A stretch of 64,000 nt of DNA, taken from positions 42,346,001-42,410,000 of the forward strand of contig OZ024746.1 of the NCBI GenBank assembly GCA_964016885.1, in the 5' to 3' direction. The translations under genes were made by a program, and so were the position numbers. This DNA is from Eledone cirrhosa (Eukaryota). The notes under the pieces were generated by a model. It worked only from the letters and a program-made list of their open reading frames with translations, was not told where the DNA came from and made no database searches. Shown in pieces: positions 42,381 to 56,270 of this stretch (position 1 is its first letter; every line of letters starts with the position of its first letter).

Positions 42381-42760
42381 TGCTGCCTTCCAACCAGTTT
42401 GCTGAAAGGTGGGTGAGAGTCGCAAGCATGGTCTGTGTGAATGGGCCTGCCTTGAGCATACGCCTGTAGATTGGAGTAGAAAGAGTGGGAGAGGACACTT
42501 TGCCCTAGTGGACAGGGTGATAGTGGCTTTTGCAGGATTTCTACATGAGTGACCCCTAGAGTCTCCTCACCCTTGGGGAAATTGTTATGTTTGTTTTAAA
42601 TGTTTATTTTCTTAGTCTCTTTTATAAATTTTATTTTACACAAGAAAAACCCACACTGTATTGTCCTGTATTGTCTTTAATGTTTCCTAAATGTGAGCCC
42701 TGTGTGACTAACAAAGAAACCATTACTACTACTACTACTACTACTATCATTACTATTATT
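42381..42760 (+). mobile_element. L1/Tx1-like LINE 3' end with (ACT)n tail
   Basis: ORF-like end FAERWVRVASMVCVNGPALSIRL*, GC-richer UTR and a trinucleotide tail. Confidence 0.45.
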
Positions 42761-44241
42761 ATGTTAAATTTGCATTTGAATAGAAGAGATAATTTCTATA
42801 ATTGTGGTCTCTCACCTTTTCTGACATTTGAATAATACATTGACAATTGAAAAACGGAAAATTGATAGGATCTACACTATTCAACATGTTTAATACTTTG
42901 TTGATTGCCAAGAAAAGCATACAAAAATATGAAGTAAACGTCAGCATTAGCACTAACATCATTGGTCTTTGTATTTTAATGGCCCATCCAATTTTGAATA
43001 AAAGAAAATTTAGTGTAATATTCTATAGCTCAGTAACCCACAATTTAATTAACATGTATCCTAGGATATATATATATATATACATTTTCTATAAATAATT
43101 TTATAGAAACTTCAGATACTTCACTTTCAAAGGTTTGAACCATGGTATTTCAACTCATTATAAATAAATATTTCTACTCATGCCAGTTTGTTTTACATGT
43201 TTGAAATGGGATATTTTTGATAGTTTCAGTATAAACACTGGATGATGGATCTATGCAGGCATGGCTAAGTGACAAAGAAGTTTTCTTCACAATCTTGAGT
43301 TTCTGAGTTTGGTCTCAAGTGTTTTTTTTTTGCTATAGCTTTTGGTCAATGAAACCTTTCTACATGAAATTTGGAAGATGGAAACTGTGTAAAAGTCCAA
43401 TGGACTATATTTCGTATTCAAAGAGCCAGCCTTTATACAGACTGAGTCATGCTGATTGTCTGAGAATTATGTTAAGATACAGTTGACTGTCGAATATTAA
43501 GTCACTTACAAGTTGATTCAATGCGTAGGTAATTCAATTAACCAAACAACTGGAATATTCATCAACATACCCAATGAAGATTAAGTTACTTTATACATAA
43601 TAAAACAGAGACTAAAATAACATTTGCATGTCAACGAAGCATTACAAGCTATTTTGATAGAATTGCCCTGACAAAAATTTATGACAAAGACAAAAATATT
43701 TGATTGGAAGCTATATATGATGTATAAAATGAGAGAATATCAATAAAGTCATATTTCATACACTTCCTAATATCTATATATTTGTACTTCCTAATATGAA
43801 TAAGCATTTGTAAGTATAAGAATGTCAATAAGGACATTTTATTTCCTGAGCAATAGAATAATATGTTTGATTTACTTTACCTAAGTAATCAAGCTATTCA
43901 TATTAATATGTAAACTGTTTATTTTAATGTATTTTGATCTCAATAAGCCATAGTTAAACCGCAATAGTTGCAAAATGGTGTTATTCTAAAATGGTCATTT
44001 ATCAGAATGGCTAATGTTTGTTTTACATGATTAGAATAAGGTTTTTAAATTCATATGAAGTGATAATAATGAAATATAGCTTTGTATTCTAATTGTATTT
44101 TCATGAAATGAATTATTTAAATAAAAATAAAGAATATCAACTGAGTAGTTGATTTTAAGAAAATTTTAAAATTTCTGAAACTTATTGTTATACAATGTTT
44201 ATTAAAAAATAGAAAAGCATAAATACATATACAAAACTTAC

Positions 44242-45187
44242 CTGATTTTGTCTGACTCCTTCCAGAACTGCATTGAAATCTGCAATCTCCCAGTCTACGA
44301 ATTTCTTGATAAAAACTAAGTGTCTATTTAGATAATCCGCATAGTTGATCAGTGTGTTGTCTGACATTAGTAAGTGGTCCTTCAGTTGAGATGCACCCAG
44401 GTGTCTGTCTAAAAACAGCTTGATGTTGTCTGCAGTAAGAATTGCGTCTGCTGCTGCCAGAAATATCCCCAAGAAAAATACAACAAGAGCAAACAGGATT
44501 AGCTTTAAAAATAGCTTTGATCCTAAAATACGCAGAATTAATCTGCATAGTTGTATAAAATATTGAACAAAGCAAAAGTCTTTAAATCGCTCTCGTTTCA
44601 ACTTAGGTTTTTGTCGACGTCGGTGATTCCAAATCTCTTTAAGAATGTCTTCTTTGGATTTGGTTGGTGCTTGAGCAAAGTAGAGTTCGCTGGCCGACCA
44701 AATATCTTCCTTGTTATCTTGATAGTAATTGTATGGATGCTCCAGGGCATTGTATGGGCGTGGTGCTGATCTACCTGTTTGTATTGCATAAACTTTGCTT
44801 GACACTGTGTCCATTGGGAGCTTCTGCACATAGCCACATCTAATTTGTGACAGCATACATTTCATCCATTTGAAACGATAAAATAATAACAATGCATCTA
44901 AAATAATAAAAACCGCTACCAACACTGAGAAAAAAGTTTTACTGCCACCAGAAGAAATTTCCCTCTTTTCTTCATATTGAATATCTTGGTAGTAGTCTCT
45001 ATTGCTGGTGTCTTCATAGCTAAAGGCATGAGATAGTAAGTAACGAAAGACGTGCCTAGTTTTTGACAATTCCCAGGTTCTTTCTTCAAGTTCAGTATGA
45101 AGTCGGATCCAGACAGATTTAATATTTCGACCTGGATTAGTAGCCAAAATATCATTACCAGGGAAAATAGGTTTGGATTCAACCATT
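44242..45187 (-). CDS. Coding exon 6 (946 nt, phase 2 to 0): TM3, basic cytoplasmic loop, TM4
   Basis: Acceptor ttttatcttacAG, donor CAG/GTAAGT; core of 332-aa ORF; FFSVLVAVFIILDALLLFY and LFLKLILFALVVFFLGIFLAAA. Confidence 0.92.
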
Positions 45188-45589
45188 CTGTAAGATAAAA
45201 ATAAGAATTATGAAGATAAGATTTAATAATATGTGTTTGTTAACATGAACCAAATTATTATTTAATGTTACAATAATTTACTAAAGATAAAAGTATTAAA
45301 TGGCTTTTTGCACATGCATTCATATCTTATAATATATATTTCATGGTATCCTTATGGTAAATATTTAATCGTACTATTTCCGTTTACATTACAGAAGAGA
45401 GGAGAACCTTCTTAGAACTAATCTACAACAAACTAAATTCCTATCTTGAGTGGGAATTCGTTTCCAGGCACTTAAGGTTATAAATATTGAGGATAATATT
45501 TTGTGCTGACAAAAATGACTTTTAATGTGAAAAGTAACATATTCTATTAATGAATAAGCAGAGGGTTTAAGAAAAGCTAAACTCCCTGG

Positions 45590-46460
45590 GAAATTTCATA
45601 GCATCAGCCTCCAAGCCACATGTGACCTGGCATTTGCAGCCTACTTATCCTCAATCTCCTCCAGCTACACTCTCATCAGTGAAGTCCTCTGCAAGATGAC
45701 AAAACCTGATGTGCTCTGGGGTCTGGAATCAGTTCTGGATGATTGGACCAATGAAGATCTCACCAAACCCCAGTATGCAGGTGTCCAACACAACTGAGAT
45801 GCCATCAAGTGCAGATCAACATTCAAGCAGATCGAGTCTTTTTTGGACCAACACCACCTTGCCTCCCATTGTTCTGCCTTGTAGCCAAACAGTGGCGCAT
45901 GGCTGAATTTAGTGCCCTTCTCATCAGCCAGTACTCCTTTTGATGATAAGTGCACTTGCATCAGAGTGACCCATGCTTCAGTTTCCACATGTGTGAACCA
46001 CAGAAATATTGTAGAGCCATTGTTAATTAGTTTGGTTTGCTCCCACTATCCTGCATCCGTAGAACTGGTCGGTTCTCTTGACATGCTGCTCTGAATGACA
46101 TAATCAGAAGGAAATTCGACAGGGTCAGCTTCCTGTCATAACTGGAGTCAACTGGTATTGACTGTGGTGATGGTAATTGCTAAGACAGGATAACTCTCTT
46201 CCTATTTGGGGGTAGTAAATCTGTAATCTGAGACACCACAAGCTGTGACTCATTATCCACATACAGCCTTGTTTCTTTGACTGCAAACCTAGGTAGTCAA
46301 TGTAGAGGAGAGGAAGATAACAAAATGCTGGGGCTTGATTGACCACTTCCTTTTCAAACTGGTTGCTGTCGAGACCTCAACTGTCCTTGGTCCCCCATAC
46401 TGCCGTTTTCCTGCATAAAATCAGAAAGACACCAATCCACCTTTTAATGGAGTCCTGTAA
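45590..46460 (+). mobile_element. Relic of a CRE/R2-like (restriction-like endonuclease) LINE
   Basis: SGAWLNLVPFSSASTPFDD resembles the GAWL.ALP...G..LDD motif of such elements; GC-elevated and interrupted. Confidence 0.45.
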
Positions 46461-47711
46461 AATGTGTGTGTGTGTGTGTAGAGGGGGAGGGACTGTTGTA
46501 GTGGATGTTACTGGCCATTCTCTGTGGCAATTGCCATTTCATCTGTGGAGTGAAGCTGAAACATACCATCCAGACTAGGGTGTAGAGTGTGTTGCTCCTT
46601 TTACCCTTTCTTTTCTTTCATTGCATAACTTACTTTTTTCTTTTTCATTTCTTTATTGCTATTTATATTGTACAGCTTTTATCACATTTTCTCTTTAGCT
46701 TAATAAACTTTATGCAATATTCAAACATAGACATCAATTCAGTTTTTGAGAATTTGTTTAACCTGCACAAATGTAGTGATTCCAATGTAATTTAGTTAGA
46801 ACATTTCAGGTTGAAAATAATTACTTTAAAGAAAAAAAAAAATTGGAAACATTTTTATCTAGAATGTTGAGTCACTGATAATTGAAGGTAGAGCTAAAAA
46901 CAGAGAATCTGATTTGAATATGCCTAGAATGTTTGGGTATACAATATTGCTTTTTATTCTTTTAATTCCTCTTCTTAGAGTTTCATGAAATATCACAGGC
47001 GTACTTCAACCCTGTACAGTCAAGCTCCTCCACAAGATCAGAACATCAGCGGCCCATCTGGTGGGGTGGCTGTTGCAGTGGGTGTCACTGGCCATTATCC
47101 GCGGGAATGCTTTTTTGATCATGTCCTTAGGGTGCAGCTACTTTATCGCCGCCCAGAGCCCAAACATCCTCCCCCTCTCCTCTCCATTCTTCTGTGACAC
47201 TAGAATCCTTGCTTTCTCCTCCCTTTTCCATTTTTTCCTTTTTCTCTTTTTCTTTATATTATCCTATTTTACATTTCATTCTTCTCAATCAAAATTCTCT
47301 TTTTTTCTTTTTCTATTAAACTGTATTTACATGATATATTCCATTTAAAGAAAATATATTATAAGTGAAATGTTTATAGATATTCATAGTTCTGACATAT
47401 TGAAATGTTTTATCTGAAATGAACACAGTAATTGTCAAAAATGGCACAGGGTTTATTTCTGTCTCTTTTAACTCATTTCTATTCTTCCTACTTCACATCT
47501 TGTCTAATTTTCCGCTTGTTTCTTATTGTGTGATCTTATTTTTCTCTTTTATTTTTATGGTTCTGTTGTTGTTTACATCATTTTTTCCAACCCATGTCAA
47601 GCATGTACAGAATTCTTTGGTGGTTCAAACCATTTATAGTTATTGTTTAGCTCCAGGGTAGGCCTGAACAAGCAGAACTATGATAAGAGGCATTCCAATT
47701 GTGATTATTGC

Positions 47712-48745
47712 ACAGAGGTTTATGCTTACTTCATAGACCTTAAAAAGACAGAGGACCTCATTGCACGGGACCTACTATGGTATGTTCTGCAGAAGTATAG
47801 GATCGATGGACAACTTTTTGTTGTCCTAAAGTCTCTGTACACATGTCCTAATATTTGTGTTTGGATAAACGGTGCAAAGTTGAAACATATTCAATAAAGC
47901 TGTTGAACTCCACCAAGGTGCATACTTACACCTCACCTGTTCATAATCATAGATGAGATAGACATGCAAGCTGAGTCAGAAGTGATATCAAGACTGGTGG
48001 GTTTAGGATCAGTCAGAGTTTGCAGATGATATGGTGCCATTTAACTTGGAAGGTAATCTTCAACATGCACTTTATAGGTTTGTGGCCAAACGCTGCATGG
48101 CAGGAATGAAAATCAGTGCTGCAAATAATGAGACACTCATCCTCTCAATGAAGCCTACCCACTACCCTCTACATTTGAGTGGAGTTTCACTGTAGCATGT
48201 GGAGAAGTTCAAGTATTTTGTGACATATTTTACAAGTGATGGAAGGCTTCAGCATTTGGTCATCAGAAAAAGGGGAGGTAGTTGTAAAAGCCAAACACAC
48301 TATCTTAAGTTCAGTATTCATACCAACCTTTACCTATGGTCATGAATCTTGGGTAATGACCATAAGAATATGGTTGCAAATACAAGCAACCAGAATGGGA
48401 TTCCGCTTAAGGGTCTTTGGAGTAACATAGCTCAGAGATCAGAGAGTCGCTCCAGGTATAGCCGCTACTTCTCTGACTTCAGATATCACAACTCAATACT
48501 CTGGACATGTGGTCAGTATGTCTCAGAAAATAATTTCTGGGCAGATTTCAGGGGCAAAACCAACCAGCAGGGGACCCAGATACAAACTACGAGCAAGATG
48601 GTTGGATAATATCTATGAGCTTAGTTGGTCTCACTTGGGAATCCAGCCTGATCAACTGGAGACAGTTGCTTCTGACAAGGTATACTGGAAGGTATAAGGA
48701 CTCTCCCCATGATTCTGTCAGGAGGAGGAGGTGAAGAAAAAGAAA
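47712..48745 (+). mobile_element. Fossil RTE-clade LINE (RT to 3' end)
   Basis: FIDLKK, LLWYVLQKY, HQG, FADD, VEKFKYF, PTFTYGHESW and RWLDNI spread across frameshifts. Confidence 0.85.
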
Positions 48746-49930
48746 AAGTACATTCTTTAATGTATCCTTCCCTTTCTAAGGAAGTTCGAAGGCACTTTGG
48801 CTGATATTTCTAATAGATTGATTCACCAGCTGGAGACTCATTTAATTCCTGCTTAGCCCTTTCTTAGCCTTGAATAAACAGACATGATAAAAGAGATTCC
48901 AGCTGTGACCATCCTATGTTTTCGTAGAACAGTTACCACAAACCTCCTATCTGACAATTTGAACAAGCGTAAAGAAGCCTCTTTGTTAGTTTGTGACTGT
49001 TAGTTGTTTTTTAACCCCAGATCATCTGATGAAGCAGATTTATGATGAAAGGCTTCCTAACTATGACCATCTCATCCCTTTCCCAGGCTGAGTGAAAAGA
49101 GAGCCACATTTTGCAATGTGGTCTTTTTATGATGGTAGGTTACCACACATGCATTATATAGTAAAGATCAAATAAAGAAAGGGACAGAAAGAGAGTGAAT
49201 AGAAATTAACAATTAATGAGAAGAAAGAAAATACCTTCAATACAACATTGACTCAAACTGAAAATCATCAGTGAAGGAGGCTAAACTTATTTATATCACA
49301 GGATGTCAGAGTGAGTAAATGTAATAAACCACAAAAAAAAATGAAAGTATATATATGTATGTGTATATGTGTGTGTTTGTATGTACTTATGTATTTGTAT
49401 AGCATGATAATTTTGCCTCCTCATTTTTTAGTAAACAGATCATGCTACTTTCTTCCTGTCACTACCATTTTTCTCAGCACAGACACAAATTTATTTTTAC
49501 TTTACTTATAAAACAGGATGTGATAGTAGTGGTTATGAGTTTGAGGATATAAGGAAAACCAATTCCACAAAATCACTCCCAGAAAAAGAAATCCCTAACA
49601 AGAAATAATTCTTTTAATTAAGAAAGGATAAATCGTGATTGACAACCTGTAAGCAAATGTTTTATGTTATCAAACGTCTCTTATGAATTCATGATGAAAA
49701 TCAGTAATTACATATATTTTAACTCTATTGAGCATTCTATTTTTACTGCCTTCCCAATTTAAAACCAAAGAGAATATATTTAATTTATTTCTAACACAAA
49801 CGTCTGTGAATAATGTGTTTAAGATATCCCTATTGATTTAACATACAAAGCATTAGTTTAGCAATAATTCAATAAATATTTGGAATTGTTATTAAGGCAT
49901 TATAATCATATTTAAGAATCAAATACTTAC

Positions 49931-51086
49931 TGTTTCATAATAATATCATGCACTTGACTCACTTCAAAAACTTTATCTACTTCTAACCACTTGAGATATT
50001 CCAGCAGTGAATTTTCTGATTCAAATACATCATTTATAGAACCATGACGTTCAAATATTTTCTTTGGAAACTCCAACCATTGGTTGTGAACTAATTTCTT
50101 AAGGAAGTTGATGTATTTTGAACGAAAGCTCAGAAGCTGATTATATAACGTTTGGTTAGTCTTGTAGATAAATTGATTTAATTCAGATTCAAATTTAAAT
50201 TGTTTTGACATAAATAAGTCATGCACAGACTTTTTCAGCAATCCATTGTCTCTATAAACACTTCTCAAGACCATTCTTGTGGAAGAGTGCATTCCTTGTA
50301 GAATGTGGGTGACTTCAGTGTCAAGATGAGATTGACATGATATCTGTCTCTGTTTTATCAAGTCCAACATTCGCATTGTCTCAAATTTTTCATGTGCTTT
50401 AATTTCTTCTAAACATCTGTTTACACTCTGTCGCACATGATAACTCATTTCGGTAGTGTTCTGTAATGAGATGACAGATGGACCGATGATAACATAGAAC
50501 AAACCCAATGTAACTGACAATGTAAAGAAGAATGAATACATTAAATAAATGACTATAAATAGAAAAACTAATCCTCTGGAAGTTTCGGTAGGGGGTCTTG
50601 GAATAATTTCCAGAGGTCGCTCTTGCTCAGGACTGCTGAGAAGTGAAGACCGACGCTCGTCTTGTGCTGGTGATGGAGGTGGAAGTGATGGTATAGTTCG
50701 ACGACCAACATTATAAATTAATAAACCAGCTAAGGTACATAACATCATTGTACCAAGAATACTGGCAGATACAAGAATTGCAATAACTGGTTTCCAAGGT
50801 GAAATTCTAACTGTGCTATGTTTTTTCAGTCCATTTGAATTTGATGAAGGTTTCATATAGTCTTTATTGATTTCGTGAGTGGTCAAATGGAGGCGATGAG
50901 TACTTTCGATGTCACTGAGCATCACAGTTAAAATTGATGGCTGCTTGTTACCCCATTCAGTAAGAACCGCAGATATCTGAAAAGTGTTTGGGCAATTGAT
51001 GAACATATCATAGCTTCCGTAGCAGATGCGATGCTCACTGTCATATACTTTCATTCGTAAATAGCCAGGGCAAGAGTAAAGAACCC
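49931..51086 (-). CDS. Coding exon 5 (1156 nt, phase 1 to 2): end of ectodomain, TM1, Pro-rich loop, TM2, helical loop
   Basis: Acceptor tattttttcAG, donor GTAAGT; core of 429-aa ORF; hydrophobic VIAILVSASILGTMMLCTLAGLLIY and LVFLFIVIYLMYSFFFTLSVTLGLFYVII. Confidence 0.92.
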
Positions 51087-52778
51087 CTGAAAAAATAAAA
51101 AAAAATAATTCAGTAAAAGTAAAAAAAAAAAATAAAGAAAAATAATTCAGTGAAAGTAAAAAAAAAATAAAGAAAAATAATTCAGTGAAAGTAAAAAAAA
51201 CCCCAAAAACAAACATTAATAATCAATTAGACATTCAGTGAAATAATAATATGGCTAACATTGATTTCACAGTAAAACATAGGAAATGTGTAGCCGTGAC
51301 ATCCATAAATTAAATATATTGATTATATAATATTACTATATAAATTATATTACATTTAAATTTCTAGATTTTATTTGGTCTTATTGATGAATAAAAGAAA
51401 AGGAGCCGATTATCAATTAGGACAAATGAAACTATATTTCCATTGCTGATACTATCAGTCAGTTGCAACTCCTGTAGAAGTGACACCAGTTTTCTGGTGA
51501 CGGGAGGCAGGATTTGAACTCAGAATACACAGAGCTAGAACAGATACCACAAAGCCTCTTATCTGACAATTCAATAATTGTTAGGATTTTTGTCAACACA
51601 TTGATGTGTATGTGCATACGCATACATCTATATGTATGAATATATAAATATAAACACACAGACAGGCACACTTACAAAAATACACTCAGGCATACATTCA
51701 TACAAACACACACACATATTGTGTGATGGACGGAAGGTCAGAAGTCGCTCAAATTTATATATAGATACCAGGTACCTTAGACTGGTACTTTTTTATCAAC
51801 CCTAAAACTATGAAAGGCAACATTTATCTCAGTGGGCATTGAACACAGAGCGCAGAAAGCCAACAAAATACCAAAGTATTTAATCCAATGTTGTATTACT
51901 AAATAACATATTTATCTACATTATCAGAGTCTTGTTAGTTTTTACTTCTTACTCACTTTCATATTCAGTTTATATATCTGCACAATACTTAAAAAAACTA
52001 AATAGTTATTTTCTAATTCATATTATATGAAATACTTAAATTTGCTTGTTGGTCACTGATGATATTTTTGTTCAGTTCCTGAAGAAGCCACACTGAACAC
52101 GGAGTAAATATAATAACTCTATGCATTTAATAATATTTAGAAGTAGTGTATAGAAAATTTCAAATTACTAAATCTTTTTTTTTTTAATAAATATAAAATA
52201 ATACTTTTAAATGTAAAATCCTTAAAATGCAAAAAAAAAAAAAGAAAAAAAAAAGAGACATTCCAAAAGAATAAAATAAACTCTATTGTATTTATATATT
52301 TGTTATTTGATACATAATTTTAGATCATCAATAACCATGTATTGGAATGATCAGCCGATTTATTATTCAATCACTCTAATGAAATTAGTATTGTATTATA
52401 TTCTTGGGTAACATATTTTAATACACTTAGACTATGTAATACAAACATAGCTATCTCTTTATAATAGAGGGAATGTTGATATAACAAGTAAAAAACCATA
52501 AAACACAAACTCTCTGATTTCACAACTTTTTCTCAATGTCCAAATTTCTTGAATCCACATAAAATTGGAAACATTTTTGTATAACGGAAATGACAAAAAA
52601 AGGAGAGTAAAATTATATTCTGGGTAATTAATTTATACATCACGGTAACTACTCTACCATTTAATTGAAAAAGAATGTTAGCATACAAGTCAGTTGACAA
52701 AATAAGAAAAAAATAACAAACAAAAACAAATTTTTCAAAAATTCAGAGAATACTGATTCAACACCAACTCCCTGCCAA

Positions 52779-52827
<49 letters not shown>

Positions 52828-54052
52828 ATAATAATAATAATAATGGTAGTAATTTGTTTTCTGTGAAACTTTCAAAGAAGTCTGATATGAGAAATTTCTA
52901 GTCAAGCTGTCAGACTATGAACTGCTTTGAATATTAACCACTTTGACTGGAAATTTACTGTGATTACAATATATGTTGACAGAGATGTGAGCTCTATCCT
53001 ATTAACTCTGCTGTTCCTTAGATCTCATTCATCTGACCTTCAATTTACATTATCCTTTTTATGGTCACTGTTAATCGCTCTCTGTAAATATCTACTTAAC
53101 TACTAAATCCTTTCATCAAATCTGAACATCCTCCAATATATCCAAAAATACAATCTTGTCAACAAGATACACTGCATAATAGTATGAACATATACACTGG
53201 ACCTGCATCCTCATTCAGTTGCTTCTTTATATCTATTTTACTATAACTACCTCCATCCATTATTCTGAACTCTTCTTCATAACACCTAGTCAAACATCCC
53301 AAGACTTTATTTTATATGATAAATTTTTTTAAAACAAAATCCTTTTCTCACCAACTATATTTCTATATATAATCTGCCTTCCCCCTATAGCATCATTACT
53401 GCAGAAGAATTTGTAAATGTTGTTGATAGACACAAACAAAACTTCACTCAGATTTTAAAATAATTATTGTGAAAGCAATCTACATTTTGCGTGGCATATT
53501 TTCCAATAACCATTTCATACTGGCACTATTTAAAATTTGAATACAATTCCAGAATTAAAGGTGTTTGTAAAATAAATTGGAATCAAAGTATCGATACTGT
53601 TATACAACAGGACTATTATTATAAAATAGATAATTCATTTCTTTTAATAGTAACTCATTTCAAACAAATATTGATAATAAAATTATCTTGAGAAGAATCT
53701 TCACAATAACAAACATAATTCTTCAACTAATATTGGTTTCTAGCATTAACAAAAACCCTCAAAATTTGTGTGAGGATAGAGCTGAATAATATCAAGCCCA
53801 AGTTCTTTATTGGCACTTATTTTATCAACATCATAAAATTATGAAAGGAAGGAAAGCAAAGTCAACCTCCACAATATTTGAACTTGGAACATAAAAGGAT
53901 GTACTTAAATGCTGCAAGATATTTTGTTCATTACTTTACCTATGTTGCTAATTATCAAATTACCTTAGTCATTTTAGGGCAGGGAGTAGAATATTATATA
54001 GTTAATTGTTGTATGTTTGAAAAGTTAGAATGTCAAATATAAAATAAATTAC

Positions 54053-54175
54053 CTTTAATTTTCATCATCCAATTTTTTAAGACTGGTTGCCAGAACAGCT
54101 TTACTTCAAGGCTACTGCTATTCAACAAGGCATTAGGAAAATCATGTTGATAATGCTTTAGTATTGAGCTGTTTG
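54053..54175 (-). CDS. Coding exon 4 (123 nt, phase 1-1); missed by ORF track
   Basis: Acceptor atctttatAG, donor GTAATT; open frame ANSSILKHYQHDFPNALLNSSSLEVKLFWQPVLKNWMMKIK; 190-nt upstream intron. Confidence 0.85.
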
Positions 54176-54365
54176 CTATAAAGATATATATATATATAAA
54201 CATGTATGAATGTATTGCTCAGTTTAATAGTCAGATATACAATGCAAACAGTACATTACAATATAAATATATAATTCTCTACAAACTCGTAATTCAAAAA
54301 TCAAAAATAAAATCAACTAGAATGATAAATATTTATTTTGTTTTATAAAAATAAATTATACTTAC

Positions 54366-54947
54366 CACTGATAAGTAATTTTATTTGTGGTGTTTCTTTG
54401 GTGTTTGATATGTGGTAATGGAACTGTCCATCAAATACAGATTTATGAGCATTAACTGAATCACCATGATTAACAAATACCAATTGCGCAGGATATATTT
54501 TTGAAGTATTTTTACCACAACCACCATTATGCCAAGTCATAGAGCTATATTCAAATGGCTTTGAAAACTGGGCATCAGTGGAAAATATATTTTGTTTTGG
54601 ATTATTTATAGCAAATATTCGGTCAAAATCCTGAGCTTTCTTCAGTGAATGAAGAAAAAAGTCAGCTCTACTGAGATCTTTTACAAGTATTGCTTGCTCC
54701 CGTACAGGTAGCTGTGAAGAATGTTCAACAGATATAAAGTCAACAGTAACTAAACTGTGATGGTGGAAACCAGTCGATTCTGCTAAAACTGTTCGATGTT
54801 TTTCTTTAAATTGAAACCCCACTTGGGGGATGTCAACACTATAATTTATGCTGTACAGTTTTGTCGGCTTTTTATATTGTAAGTGGCAGAAGAACTGACT
54901 CGTTATAGTGTTAAACATTGGCCGTAATGTGAACACATAGGCATCAC
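54366..54947 (-). CDS. Coding exon 3 (582 nt, phase 1-1), ectodomain
   Basis: Acceptor ttttctttgatAG, donor GTAAGT; core of ORF 54343..54963 (GDAYVFTLRPMF...QIKLLIS). Confidence 0.9.
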
Positions 54948-55909
54948 CTATCAAAGAAAACAAATGTTATTATAAAAATCACAATGAAAATTAAGTAACA
55001 AACAAATATTATTTGAGAAAAATCATTAATTATACATAATTTACAACAGAGAGAAACTTATTTTGTTTTAAGAGATTTGATATTATACACACACGGACGC
55101 GCGCGCACACATAAACATATATTTAATCATATGATCATTACGCATTTTATAATGACACCAGCACTACTATACAAAGCAGAGTGGGTGAGTTTTATTTTGG
55201 AATCAACACCCAGCACTACTACATTACAGAGTGGATGGGCTGCATTTTATCTCGGCACTAGTGCTACCACTTTACAGTGTTTGTTAGGTGCATTATTTTG
55301 TGACATCAGAACCAGAGAGATGATTGTGTTTTCAAGTGAGTAGAGAAAGGCTATGATATAAGTGGGAGGAGGAAGTGACAACATGGCAAAAGTGGCATTA
55401 AGAGATGGGTTGTAATGGCTGCTGTGGAAGGAGTGAGAGCAAGTATTTAGCCTATGTAGATGGCCTTGAAGAGAAGGATAGTGATAACAAGCGACTCATT
55501 GTTAAGTGTGAGAAAAAGATAGAGGAATGGTTTATAAGATTGGTCGATATATATAGGGTTAAGATGCCTCACTTTATGTGTAAGCAGCTATCCCCTCCAT
55601 GGGTTATATTGTGAAAATGAGAGGAGGTAGGTGGGGATGATTTACATCAGAAGAGAGGAGTGATGTTCTCTAAAGCTGGATTACAAGCTTGCCTAATACT
55701 AGCCACTTTGGTGTGTTTTATTGTGGCACTAGCACTAGAGAGGTTGCAGTCATTGGATCAAATGAAGCACCCTCTCTACTCTATGGGTGCATATGATGGG
55801 GTAGTGGGAAAGTGAGATTGTGGTAGGTGGGAAGGATATGTATGTCATGGGTAAGTGACAATATGTGGAAGGGGATGAAAAGTAAAATGTCATGGTTGCA
55901 TAACAAGTG

Positions 55910-56270
55910 TGGTGGGGGAAGAGAGAAGGGGTGGTGAGGAGCAAAGGAGGATGTGAAAAGAGAAGGTGTGATGTCAGAGGAGAAGGGGGATGTGGGGAGA
56001 TAAGGAATGATGTGCGGAGAAAAGGTGTGATGTGAGGAGAGAAGAGGTGATATGGGAAGAGAAGAATGTATAAGGAGAGAAGGGGATGTGGGGATAGAAT
56101 GTGTGATGTGGTAGAGAAGTGGTGATGTGAGAAGAGGAGAAGTGATGTGGGGGGAGAGAGAGAGAGAAGTGATGTGTGGAGAGAGAGAGAAGAGGTGATG
56201 TGGGGAGAGAGAGAGAAGAGGTGATGTGGAGAGAAAAGACGTGATGTGAGGAATGAAGGAGTAAGAAAGT
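55910..56270. repeat. Purine-rich degenerate tandem repeat (gagagaagaggtgatgtg-like)
   Basis: Direct inspection. Confidence 0.85.

Noticed and set aside
44324-45182. Overlapping alternative-frame ORFs within exon 6
   Set aside because: Short shadows of the real coding frame
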